A stretch of DNA of 64,000 bases from Chrysomallon squamiferum (lineage: Eukaryota > Animalia > Mollusca), in the NCBI GenBank assembly GCA_012295275.1, contig CM022672.1, positions 27,652,001 to 27,716,000 of the forward strand, in the 5' to 3' direction. Position numbers and translations under genes: made by a program. Shown piece after piece: positions 1 through 12,630 of the stretch. Within the stretch, counting starts at the first letter, position 1. Each line of letters begins with the position of its first letter. A model generated the notes under the pieces. That model was not told where the DNA came from, searched no databases, and saw nothing but the letters and a program-made list of their open reading frames with translations.

Positions 1-2469
1 GTGATGATCATCATTGTTTATCATGTATGCTTCTGTTGATTTCCATTACATATTGTCTGTGACAGTCATTATTATTACTTCATATGATTGTGTTAGTGTC
101 AATTTCCTTTGTATATAGTCTATGACTCGTTATTATTATTTTGTATGTTAATTTGTGTTGATTTCCACTGCATGTAGCCTATGATGGTCTTTATTGTTTC
201 ATATAAAAAAAACTTTCAAAAAGAAAATAATGAGGTTGTATAGTGGAAAATATTTTTAGCTTTCATTTAAACAGAAATATATTTTAAAAAAAAACATTAA
301 ATCAAAATATTTTGTTAATATGTTCAGTTATTTATTATATACTAAAACAAAGACTAGAAATGAAGTGATAGAAAGTTCTCTATAGTCTAACAAACTTTGT
401 TGGACAGGAAACCTTAAACAAGTTTTTTTAAGTCGTTTTTTTATGCTTACATTTTATGTCTGTATACACAGAATCAAAGGATGGTTTACTTTTTATTAAA
501 AGCTGTTACTGAGAATGATAACATACATCCACTGTTGTATTTAATTTTTTGATGGCAGATGGGCAATAAAGCTGGAAATCATCATTTGTATATTAAACAG
601 TTTTTCATCACCATAGAGTGTTTTCCTGCCTTCAGGAAGGTGTTATGTAATGAATCCTTTAAAGAAGCTGATGAATTGCCAATAATGGTTTCTCCATTAT
701 CATATAAACCTCCATTATTGGATACTATTTTCATATTTCAAGAGTATCTGAGGTTTAGTTAATCTTTTATTGAAATGTGTGTCTGAATGTTGAGATAAAT
801 TAAAAAAAAAGAACAAGACAAATTTTGTTTAAATATATTTATTTAATTACCTGATATTAATGACTAGCGTTACATGATTGTAATAGTCAGGTAATATCAG
901 CAGTATCATTCAGTATTTCCACTTAAATTCAGTATACTGACATTATTCTGTAAAGAAAAAGATTTGATTATAATATCCATGATGAGATGAAAAGTTAAAA
1001 AAAAAAAAAAAAAAAAATATTGAATACTTTTCATAAATGAATTCTGGGTTATCCAGTGTGCATAGCTGGAAACACTTAATAAAATAAAACTAAAAAATTT
1101 CAAGTTTTTATTGATTTTAAATTAATGTTTAAGAAGATATTATAATTTTCAATGAATAATGATTTAAAAATTTCTACATTTTAGAAATCTCAAATTTCTA
1201 TCATTAAGTTCTTAAGCTGACCATCCACAAAAAAATCCAGACCGATTATTTCTCTTTACTACCCTTAGATAAATGTGAATTTTTTTAACACAAAGCAGCT
1301 AAAGATTGATTCTGTTTGAATTATGATCTGTTACAAAGCAAACAATGCAAAGATAATTCTAGAATGAAAGAAAATATCCAGTATGAAAAATGATTTAATA
1401 TTTAATATATTGTAAACATTAATTATATTCTTTACGAGTTGACACAGAGGATAATCAGAAATTCAGTATTGTGATAAAGATACATTTAAATAGATTATTT
1501 TATTTTAAATCACTTTGTTGTTTTTAATACCTTCTTATGGATCAAAGTCCATCTACGAAATTTTCCATTGTTAAAGAAAAAAAAAAAAAAAAAAAAGAAT
1601 AAAAAAAAGACATATAATAAATAAATATAAAATAAATGAAATACAAAAGTAAACATAATTTTATGATTAATACAAAACAAGTGAAAAATATTAATTTTCA
1701 GTCAGTAACTCTCCTCTGGTTTTGAACAAGAAATACTAGTTAATTGTTGTAGTTATTTTATTTTTTGTACAAGGCAACATTTAATCATTAACACAATCTT
1801 ATTATGGTACTCAAAATACAACTAAATGATATAAGTAAAAAAATAAAATAAATAAACTAATTATAAAGATGGTGATGATGATGAAAAAGTAACTTTAACA
1901 AAATCCATGAAAAATTATCAGAAGTAATTAAATTATAATAAAATTTACTTCAGACTTATTTATTTATAAAAAATTCATAACACTTTTTTGGGGGGAGGGG
2001 AATCCCATTTAATATACAGATTTAAATTTTTCTTGAAACAGACAAACAAAATTGAGAGATACGATTTTTTGTATGTGAGTACTACAAGATTGACATTCAT
2101 AATTATGAAGGCACAGTTATGGCTGGAATGATTTTAATATGTTCACTGAAAGGGAGGGCACTCTGATATGTATATATTTACAACAGGAAACAGTCTAAAT
2201 CAGTGGCATATTCATTTCAGTATTGGCTGGAATCATAATGCATAATGATATGTTATTTGATCTTTTGTATCCTTATTATATACACGACTATTCTTTTTAA
2301 GCATTAAATGTACAGTTATTGTTAATTCTCACATACTGCTCTAATTATTTCATTAAATTACTATTTTGTCTCTATTTAATAAAGTAATTCAAACACACAT
2401 ACACATTATATGTGATAACACAATAATCATGTTCAGTTACAACAACATTATTTCTGAATACAATGCAAA

Positions 2470-2504
<35 letters not shown>

Positions 2505-3527
2505 TACTTCTCATTTTGATACATGCACATTCAACAGATTTACAAAAAAAAACCACCAAAAAACCCTCACATATATGGTACATTCTAGCAGCCATATACA
2601 GGCTAATTGCTATCAAACAGGAGAAAAATATTTTATAAAAATACCAGTGTATCATATTATGCTTTAAGATATTACTGTAAACTTGTGGATATCCTTGGAG
2701 TATTAACGTATTAAAAAAAAAAAAAAAAAAAATGGCATATAGCTTTAAATATTATTTATATATATATAATAATAAATTAATAATTGTATTCTGCATAATT
2801 TCTTAACATCATTTAAACAAAACTGTAATAATTCTTAATCTGAATAAATATTAAAACTTGTGGCAATGTTCCATTAGTATGATGCTACTTTCAGTATATA
2901 CATCTTAGAAAATATTAGTAAAAATTTGAGCTTATTCTAGTAGATATATTATTTTATTTATTTTTAAATTTCTGGAATAACAGAATCAGCTGTCTGGAAT
3001 GTATTTCACTGAGCTAACAATAAAACCCAAAGTGTATCTTGAATATTAGTAACAAACATTTAAGTATATATTCCAGTATACAATTTATTTTGTAAAACAT
3101 TTTTTGTAAATTATATTTTTTTGTAAATCAAACTGTTTAAAAAATAAAGCAGTAAAAAAAAAAGAAAGAAAAAAAAGTTAAATAATAATAATAACAGAAA
3201 AATAAATTTAATTTGTTTTATCTGAAATATAGAATCTCTTGAATGTTGCGAGTCTGTGGAATACAGTTATATACTGAAGTACAATGAAATATATACAACT
3301 CTTGTTAGTAAAAAGGCTAAAACAGATAATATGTTATATACACATTTAGCAATTTAATTTTTTAAATTGTATTTACAAATATTAAATTGTGGTGATTTTT
3401 TTAATGTATATAAAATGTATACATGTAATATAAATGAGATAATGAAGTCCCTCAGTGATTTAATAAAATGAATTACTTATACAATGAACAAAGTTTATGA
3501 TAAAACTTATAAAATACATTCTTTTTG

Positions 3528-3568
<41 letters not shown>

Positions 3569-4267
3569 TCGTTGTCTTAGGTTTGATTAGATTTTGAATT
3601 ATTATCTTTTTGCTTCTTTATAAAAGTGCAATTTTAAAAATATTTTATATATTTTGTTAATATTCCATTTATAATTAGTCATCTACTTTTGATCAGATTT
3701 GATTCTAACCAAGAAGACATAACTAGGAATGGACCTTATTCAGAATTTACTTAAATGTCAGGGTTTTTCTGTTTGCTTTTTCAGAAGATGTGGGTTTTTT
3801 TTAATGAAATATTTCCCAGCATTTTTTGTTTCTGAAAGACAGCATAGACAGAAATGAAATGAACCATAAATTTGTTTTATCTTTTAGATCATTTTTGTTG
3901 TTGTCACAGTTGCTAGTTCATACGAACATGTCACAAAGGTCATTAAAAAAGGGTTTTGCTAGGGTTCACAATAACAGTACAGTGAAGTGTAAATTGTTAG
4001 TTATGATTAGGTGAATGATAATACAATTTGATTACAAAATATCAAATTTTCAAAAAAAATTTTTTTTTTTTTTTTTACCTTATTTCAGGAAGGTATAAAT
4101 TATTTGACATGGATAAGTTCTCATTTAAAACTGTAAACTGTGCAAGACAAAAAATCGAACATAGCTTGTGTATGAACCTTTTTTACTTCATTTTATCGTG
4201 TATTTCAGATCTTTTTGGTTGATGTAAATTATTATTTCATTCTTTTTAAAAAGCAAAATATAAATTA

Positions 4268-4308
<41 letters not shown>

Positions 4309-5799
4309 TAATAATAATAAAATAATAAATAATTAAACTGAAAATATTTATCTAGTTTTTGCAGAACTGGGATTTCAACATTTTTCAGAACATACTATAA
4401 TTTAAATTTTCCCTTATGTATACTGCTATGAGAATTAGTTAATATTAAAAGATGAATTTTACAACAAAAAATTGTTTGTATTTACATAGCAAATTTATTA
4501 CATTCTTTTATCCACTGATCATAGTTTTTATTATCATAAAATAATAGAATATTCTACTGTATGTCGAGTTTTACTGTTCTTTTTCCCAGAATACTGATTT
4601 AGCTGTTAAAAAGTTACAATGACAAGTGATAAAGAAGTGAAAAAAGAAAAAAGATTATAGCACCAGTCTTTTTTGTTATAGCATCCACATTTTCATTCTC
4701 ACCAACAAATAATATTTTCTGTTAAACACTATAATTGTTATCAAATACATTTGTGTAAAATCACATGATGATTCTTGTTAACAGGAATGCCTTGATTGGT
4801 AAAACACTTTTAGTGTTAATGATTTTCAGTTTTCATGAAAATGATGAAGAGAGACTGATACATTTTAACTGAAAATATACATCTAAAAAAAATGTCTATT
4901 TTAAAATTGACAGATTTTTTATATATTTTATTATTTATTTATTTATTTACTTACTTAGAAACTGAACAAGTAAATTATTAATTACTTTCAATTTGCTAGA
5001 TAATAATTCTATTAAATATGCTTAAAAAAACACATTTCTAAACTGAAAAATGATAAATATTTGTATAAACAAATTATATCTGGTATCCTGAATATCTAAT
5101 ATAACATATAAACTATACAGAGCTAAAATGAAGCAATGATAAGTAATTGTATTGATTCACTGATGATTAATGTTTAATGAACAATTTTTTTTATAAAAAT
5201 GGGGTGGGGGACTGGATGACAAAGATAAAATAAATAATAGAAAGAAAGAACAAAAAATTTAAAAGAAAACATTTTTAAAACTAGTGGCAAATGTGGCAAA
5301 TAATACAAAGTAGAAAAATTATCAAAACCTGAAATAGGATTGAACACTAAATGTGTCTAATTTATACAAAATATTTTGCCCATTGGCTCCTGCTATCAGT
5401 TCCATTAGCCAATCACAATCAGTATCACTGTGGAGAATTGTGGGACGTTGCTGTGTGACCTAGTGGAGTTCATTGAAATGATGGTTATTATGCTTTCTTC
5501 ATCCACAACTATTTGATATATCACATTTAATCAGGAAAAAAACATAAAAATCAAAAACAAAACGTATGTTGATTAATTATCACCCGCAAACATTTGTTTT
5601 GTTTTGTTTCATTTTGGATTTTAAAACATTAATCTTTATCTGTTCTTTTCCATATTTTTTAAAATTATGTGTCTTCCATTTTGTTTGCAATATATTTCTT
5701 CTCTTAACTGAAGAAACAAGAAAAGCAGTAGACTTTCTGATGGGTACTCTTTGTTTTGTATTTTTTTAATGTATTTTTTAAATAAATGTGGTTACTACT
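1..5799 (-). other. 3'UTR and/or downstream intergenic DNA
   Basis: Very AT-rich, no credible coding exons; many AATAAA on the minus strand, so the poly(A) site cannot be fixed. Confidence 0.5.
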
Positions 5800-5939
5800 T
5801 CATATGAGTCTTTCTTCGGGAGGTTTCTTGAGGACGTTGCCGAGCTCGACGCGGGATCCTGACGTCTCCTGGCGACTGGGACTGTACGTCCCTCTCGTGG
5901 CACGCTTCGTCCGAGCAACCATCAGGAAAACTATCACAA
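5800..5939 (-). CDS. crb: Crumbs last coding exon: end of TM + 37-aa cytoplasmic tail
   Basis: tttcag acceptor; [49 protein letters not shown] at 5802-5800. Confidence 0.97.
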
Positions 5940-5970
5940 CTGAAATCAAACAACGCTCAGTCACAACTTT

Positions 5971-5981
5971 AATAATAACAG

Positions 5982-6035
<54 letters not shown>

Positions 6036-6290
6036 TGATAATAATAATAACAATAATAACAATTAATAATAATAACAATAACAATTAATAAAAACTGATA
6101 ATAATAATAACAATAATAATAATAACAACAATAACAATAAAACAAATAAATATGATGTTGATGTTGAAAAATAATAATAAGAGTAATAATAATAATAACA
6201 ATAACAACAGAAACATTAATATGTATGATGAGATAAAGCAGCCATTGCAATAATAATAATAATAATCATCATCATCATCATCATCATAAA
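5971..6290. repeat. (AAT)n/(AAC)n/(CAT)n compound microsatellite; similar tracts at 10345-10550, 16500-16840, 22615-22770, 25030-25200, 34672-35030, 35815-35925
   Basis: Trinucleotide runs that generate the poly-I/N/Y/L ORFs in the track. Confidence 0.95.
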
Positions 6291-6436
6291 GATTTTATTA
6301 TATATATATATATATAAAATCAATATTTCAAAAAATGCAAATAACTGCAAAAAATAAAATAATAATAATATATATATATAAAATCAACAAATAAAAGGTT
6401 TGTAAAATAAAAAACAATAAAAAACAAAACAATTAC

Positions 6437-6512
6437 CTATTATAATTATAATCAGGACTATAGCCACTATTGGTCCTATGATGTACCACATATTGAGCTC
6501 ATCAGTTTGCAT
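6437..6512 (-). CDS. crb: Crumbs exon, transmembrane helix (first part)
   Basis: ttacag/gtaatt, phase 0-1; MQTDELNMWYIIGPIVAIVLIIIII. Confidence 0.92.
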
Positions 6513-6709
6513 CTGTAATAAACAGCACAAATATATTAACATTTAAACTGGAGAGCAGCATAAATCTACCTTCCTTAAAATGTACTTAAATTCTTCACTC
6601 TTAAATTATTACTTTACTCTAATTTTCAAATTTATTGTTTAAAAATAACATTAAATAACCTGTGACCATTTAATAATGGCAGAACTAAAAATGAAAATTA
6701 ATACTGTTT

Positions 6710-6793
6710 ATGTAATAATCCACAAATAAATGTAATAATAATCCACAAATAAATGTAATAATCCACCAATAAATGTAATAATCCACAAATAAA
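6710..6793. repeat. About 20-bp tandem repeat x4
   Basis: aatccacaaataaatgtaat repeated. Confidence 0.8.
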
Positions 6794-6932
6794 CAGGCAT
6801 CTGTAGAATGAAAGAATTTTTATTTTTTTTGCTCAGAGTTTGAATATTAAAAACTTTAATGAATAATTGATTAAAGTTTTATTTGAACTTTAATAAATAT
6901 CATTTAATCTTTATCATTTATTCTACAATTAC

Positions 6933-6992
6933 TTGGACTTTGATGGGTTCACAATATGTGGAAGTGTGTGATAAAAAAGGGGCCAATAAGCT
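6933..6992 (-). CDS. crb: Candidate juxtamembrane cassette exon
   Basis: ttttgctttgacgcag acceptor, gtaatt donor, 60 nt, phase 0-0, open: SLLAPFLSHTSTYCEPIKVQ. Confidence 0.45.
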
Positions 6993-7062
6993 CTGCGTCA
7001 AAGCAAAACCAAGAGGTTACACTAACAAATTACAGTAAATTAAACTAAGCTGCAGAAATTAC

Positions 7063-7340
7063 CTTTTTCTCACAGTGTGAGCCCTCATAGCCATCCAGGC
7101 ATGTACAGACATAAACAAGACCACCATTTTCACCTGAGGTTCGGTTGCATGTTCCACCATTTTCACATGTTGCTTTGAGACATGGATCTTCTATGCAGAC
7201 TCCAGAATGATTAATGAAGCTTTCCTTACACTGACAGTAAAAACTACCATTTGTATTCATACATTTTTCACTGTCATTACATGAATGTAACTGTGAAGTG
7301 CATTCATCCACATCATCAGTGCAGTTGCGACCTTTAAAAT
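7063..7340 (-). CDS. crb: Crumbs exon, EGF39-40
   Basis: atgcag/gtaatt, phase 1-0; FKGRNCTDDVDECTSQLHSC...DGYEGSHCEKK. Confidence 0.92.
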
Positions 7341-7852
7341 CTGCATAAAAATAACATAAATTACTAAAGTTGATGTAACTGAAAAGCAAAGCAAACTAAA
7401 TGTGATTTCAGTTTAGAAAAAGTATGAATGCAACCCCTTTTTTTATAAACAAAACAAAAAATTAAAAATGTTCTTAAAAAAAAAAAAATAATAATAATTG
7501 AAATTATTATAATTATTTATTGTTATTTGAAATTATGTAGAATTAGAAAACAAAAATAAGTGTAGACATACCTGAAAATATTTTATGAAACTGAAAACAA
7601 ATCTATTTATTTGATCAAAATATTTGTAACAAATGTAGTAAAAACTGGTAATTGTAATGTGTTGTACATAAATTATCATTATTAAAAAATAAAGCTTTAC
7701 TTATTTAACATTAAACTTATTTTTATTGCAATAACAGATTTAAAAGTGTAATTATGAACACCCATAACAAAATAACATAGTAAATAAATATTTTACAAAT
7801 ATCTCTGAGAAAAATGTATCAAATGTTCAATTTTTTTTAAAAACTTTCTTAC

Positions 7853-8083
7853 TTTTAGTGCAAATACAGGTGTAGTTATTAATGTTATCAATGCAGTGTC
7901 CACCATTCTTACAGGGATGGTTTTCACATTCATTAATGTTTGTCTCGCAGTGCAGACCTGTGAATCCAGGACTGCAGCTACAGCTGTAACCACCATCGAA
8001 GTTCCTGCACGTCCCTCCATTTAAGCAGAGTGATGCGTCATTACATTCATTTATATCTCTTCCACAGGATTGACCCTCCCAAC
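7853..8083 (-). CDS. crb: Crumbs exon, EGF37-38
   Basis: ttcaag/gtaaga, 231 nt; [25 protein letters not shown]...[16 protein letters not shown]... Confidence 0.92.
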
Positions 8084-8534
8084 CTTGAATAATAATAAAA
8101 ATTAAAAAATTAAAAAAGAAAATGAATACTGCATCATTTAAACAAATATATTTGGGCTGAATATTCTTTATAGTACAAATTTTTATATTTAAAAAAATTA
8201 TTATTATTATTTATAAGATGGTTACAATATTGAATAATCATAGATTTTGGCAGCCATCTTGCATTTTATTTTTAAAAGTTAATTTACTTACTGTCATCTT
8301 TAATGTCCTTAATATGATAATGTTTACTTTCATTATTTAATCATTCAATATAAATGAAGTCAACATTATTTTATTTTATTATTTTTTACTTTACAGAGTG
8401 AAAATTTTGAAGGTTAAACAATGAAATTAAAGATATTATCCAGAAAATTGGTAAGAAAATTCATTCAAAACATTATAATGACAATCATGGTCTAATGTAG
8501 TTATGTTAAAAAAAATTTATGAGAATGAACTAAC

Positions 8535-8648
8535 CCATTTTACATATGCATCTGTAGGTGTTTTCTGTAATATTCTGCTCACACCTTAACATTCCACCCT
8601 CACTACAGTTGTTATTTAGACATGGTCCAGCTATTCCACATGTTTCAC
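8535..8648 (-). CDS. crb: Crumbs exon, EGF36
   Basis: ttgcag/gttagt, 114 nt; ETCGIAGPCLNNNCSEGGMLRCEQNITENTYRCICKM. Confidence 0.9.
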
Positions 8649-9098
8649 CTGCAAGCAAATACATTAACTAAATTAAAACAATGGTCTAAACTGTATTTTA
8701 AAAATATTCATAAAAGAAGATATGTAAAAATGAACTTATTTAAAGGAACTCAACATATTTTATTTAAAATAGTGATTTATAATATAATAATAATAATATT
8801 ATTATATATATATCTATCTATATATATATATAATATACTGATTAGCAATAAGTAATCATTTATAAGCATCTTCCCACAGAGTAATAATAACAAAACAAAA
8901 CACAACATTTGATAAACCATTTGGAATGAAAAACCAGCCCTTATGCTGTTACTATGGAAGATTAATCCACTGATTGTTAGTACAACCTGTTTAAAATAGT
9001 TTACACTGTATGAAGTTGGTTGATTAAATTATACACCATAGTTTGCTGACTTGTTTCTACTTGATCACAGGATAATTACTTGTTAACTTATTTCCTAC

Positions 9099-9326
9099 CT
9101 TCGTAGTACTGAAGACAGTTACATTCCCAGCGAGTCTGATTTGTCTGACAGGTGCTGTTGTTTTGACATTCACTGTGGTTACAGGAAGGAATGTCACAGT
9201 TATGGCCACTGTAACCTGTGTTACAGTTACAGGTGTAATTCCCTTCTGTGTTGTTACAAGTCGCCTTATTCTGACATGGTGGATTAGGAAGACTGCATTC
9301 ATCAACATCACTTTCACACTGTGTTC
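9099..9326 (-). CDS. crb: Crumbs exon, EGF34-35
   Basis: ccacag/gtagga, 228 nt; TQCESDVDECSLPNPPCQNKATC...WECNCLQYYE. Confidence 0.92.
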
Positions 9327-9698
9327 CTGTGGGGGAAGAAAAAAGCTCAGTTCAACATAAATGAATACATAAATAAATAAAACAAAAAGTAAATGAATGA
9401 AAGAACAAACAAATAAAAACGTAAATAAAAAAAAATTAAAAATATAATAAAAAACGAACAAATGAATACATAAAATAGATAAGATAAATAAATATGTAAG
9501 TAACTAAATAAAATAGTTTCCTCTATTATCATAAATATCTGCATTTAACCAGTTTTTGTGGTTTCTGTAACCAATGAAATGATACTTACCATTGCAACCA
9601 GGTCCTGTGTTACCACTAACATCTGCTTGTAACCAGTTTATATGCACTAATGAATGAAATTTATGTAACCAATCCAAGACCAATGAAATGGTACTTAC

Positions 9699-9824
9699 CA
9701 CTGTAACCAGTTCCAGTACAGTTACAGAAATAGTCAGAAGTTGAGTCAGAGCACTTTCCATGTTGACAGGGCTGACTTTCATTACATACATTATGATTGA
9801 CAGTACAGTTGTCACCACCCCATC
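9699..9824 (-). CDS. crb: Crumbs exon, EGF33
   Basis: attcag/gtaagt, 126 nt; WGGDNCTVNHNVCNESQPCQHGKCSDSTSDYFCNCTGTGYS. Confidence 0.92.
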
Positions 9825-10215
9825 CTGAATAAAAAAAAAAAAAAAAAAAAAAAATTGTGAAATAAAAAAAATAAAAAATAAAAGTAATAAACTGAATACA
9901 GCATCATTAATATCTCTGCTACAGAACTGATCTCTCTACCTTCAATAATAAAAAAAAAAATTGAAAAAAATTAAAAAAGGAACTGAATACCATATCATTT
10001 TAAAAAAGTATTATTATTGTTGTTGTTGTTGTTATTATTATTATTTATAAATACCAAGTTTGCTCAATAATATAATTATGGATAATAATGGGGAACTATT
10101 TTTTCTGTTATGAAATACTGTGGCAATTATTCTGAGATAGCACTGTGCACCTCACAGCTAGTTGATTATGACATGGTGGGAAAATAGTGGTAATGCGGTT
10201 GTGATGATGTGTTAC

Positions 10216-10332
10216 CTCCTGTACAGTTGCAGATCCAGCCACCATCTTCTTTACCAAAGCAAGTTCCATCATTCTGACAGGGCTGAAGATTTGAGCACAC
10301 AATACTGTTTTCACAATTTGTGCCATTGAAAC
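10216..10332 (-). CDS. crb: Crumbs exon, EGF32
   Basis: tttcag/gtaaca, 117 nt; FNGTNCENSIVCSNLQPCQNDGTCFGKEDGGWICNCTG. Confidence 0.92.
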
Positions 10333-10342
10333 CTGAAATCAA

Positions 10343-10403
<61 letters not shown>

Positions 10404-10703
10404 GTATTAGTAGCAGTAGCAGCAATAGCAGTATAGTAATAATAATATTATTATAATAGTACTACTACTAATAATACTAGTAGTTGTAATAGTAGTAGTA
10501 AAAATAGTAATAGTAGCAGCGATAGTACTATTACTGATGATGATGATGTTTATAATATGCAAAAATTCTTGTAATGTATTCTGGTTTAAAATAAAACAAA
10601 AAGAAGAAATGTTTTAGATTTAAGAAAAAAAAATTAAGAGAAAAATTATCATTTCATATTAGACAATTTAAAAGATTTGAAAATATAAATATATATATCT
10701 TAC

Positions 10704-10851
10704 CATCTTTGCAAGAACAAGTGTATGTTCCATTGCTACTGGTGCAGTTGCCTCCATTTTGACAGGGAGAAGAATCACAGTAATCTATTTCTATGTCACA
10801 GAGGGAGCCAGTGTATCCAGGGAAACAAGTGCAGTTGAAGGACTGGATTTC
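10704..10851 (-). CDS. crb: Crumbs exon, EGF30-31
   Basis: ttttag/gtaaga, phase 0-1; EIQSFNCTCFPGYTGSLCDIEIDYCDSSPCQNGGNC... Confidence 0.92.
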
Positions 10852-12555
10852 CTAAAAACAAAATATGTTAAAACTACAATATTGACAAATTATTAGCAAT
10901 TCTTTGATGAAGATGGTTGGACAACATTTTAATGTTAATTGATTTTGCTGACATTTTAAAATTCATATAAGTAAGTCACTTTTATATTTTTAATTTGTTA
11001 CAGTGATATACTTAAGGAGTATTGTTAATATTAAGATCGACAAATGAATAAATCAGATTTTGCTGTTATAGAAATAAAAAGGAGATCAGAAGTTAATAAT
11101 TCGTAACTGAAAGATCAGTGGAAATTCATGACACATGTTCAAAAATGAACAGCTTGACTTTAAAAAAGTACAAATATATCATCATCCAAATAGCCATGTC
11201 TGAAACAATACTTGAGAAAATAAACATTAGGAACCAATAACAAAGTTAAGAGAGTCTGCCAGTGCAATAAAAAGAAAAAGAAAAATTTGATATTACATAG
11301 CTGTTCAAAAAAGTATTTTCAATTTGTTTTATATTGAAAATGTTTTGACATTTTAACTTTTTTCAGTCTAAAATTTAACAAGTTTAAGCATCATGTTAAT
11401 CCCCACAAAACCCCCCAAAACTCAGCAACTCCTCCAAAACAAAAATCAATCCAAAAAAAACAAAAAAAAAACACCCTCGTAACAAAATTACAAAGTCATA
11501 CATGTTGATTCTTTATTTGAAAAATCTGGATCAATTTTTCCTGAAAATAACACTGAATGTTTTTTTTTTTTTGTTCTTAAAATGGAAGTTAGCCAAACAA
11601 CTATGCTTGTCAAAAAAGAAGCGAACTGTTTGAATAAAGCAAACATTGAAGCCAGTAACAACATTTCTGTGGCAGGTACAATGCTCACATTATAGATTTC
11701 AAATGGCAAACCAAATTATAAATATCAGTTCTAGTCTTGTGCTGTCATAATACTGCAGTTTTATTATCTGAATTATTCAATACAAGTGTAAAATCTATAT
11801 AAAAATTTCACTCAAATTTTATCTTGGCATTTTAAACTAATATTTTAAAAAAATTTAAAAAATAAATCAAAAATTAAACATTTGATATAACTTTTAAATA
11901 TTAAATTTGATTGTCTAACAATTTCTAAATATAATTTTAAAAATTAACACATCCGAGTAACCTTTGTATAATATAATAATTCTGAAATAAAAAATGTATT
12001 TTTACATAATATTAAAAATAACACATTTGTGTAAACTTTGATTCATTAATACTGTAATAAAAAATATATTTGTAAGTATAATATTAAAAAAATAATAAAG
12101 GTATGTAATTTTTCTGTAATATATTAACTCTATATTTCTATGTAATTGTGTGTAACTTTCATATTATACATTAACTTTTATTGCTTAAAATTAGAATAAA
12201 TAATATATCTCTAAGTATAATAAAGTATAAAAAAGTTAAATATAACAAACATTATGCACTAAGTTTAAGTTTCTGCATTACCTTTGTTTTTTTGCTGTTG
12301 AATCTCAGAATTAATTATTTTGAAATAAAACTAAATTACATATTAAGATATTTAATATAATTTCTTATCTTGATTATTTCTGAAAAGTAAACAGTTTTAA
12401 TATGATATAAAAATATAATAAAACCTACAAAGTACTGTAAATAAATAAACAAATAAATGAATAATTTAATCTTAAGTATCAGCCATTGGTTGCTTGAGTA
12501 ACCAATCATAAGACAGATCTAATTAAATATTCATGATGGAATACAGTATACTTAC

Positions 12556-12630
12556 TGTGCCAGTGATGTTGACAGTGATGTCAGTACAACTTCCATTGTT
12601 ACAAAGTGAACTGCTGCAGTTTTGCTTTAT
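12556..12630 (-). CDS. crb: Crumbs exon, first half of EGF30
   Basis: cttcag/gtaagt, 75 nt, phase 0-0; IKQNCSSSLCNNGSCTDITVNITGT. Confidence 0.9.

Noticed and set aside
2995-3002. miR-1 8mer seed match (ACATTCCA on the minus strand) in the putative 3'UTR
   Set aside because: A single site in several kb can occur by chance and the UTR extent is unknown.
5797-5802. Stop-codon readthrough masking the ERLI motif
   Set aside because: Context is TGA-A, not the leaky TGA-C, and nothing downstream looks coding.
5786-6250. Poly-I/N/Y/L and poly-CV/HT ORFs here and throughout the track
   Set aside because: They are translations of microsatellites.
11488-11709. 73-aa minus-strand ORF resembling an alternative TM + basic tail (…IVVWLTSILRTKKKK…)
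   Set aside because: The candidate acceptor is phase 1 while the host intron is phase 0; the lysine run comes from a poly-T tract; the hydrophobic segment is interrupted by K/Q.
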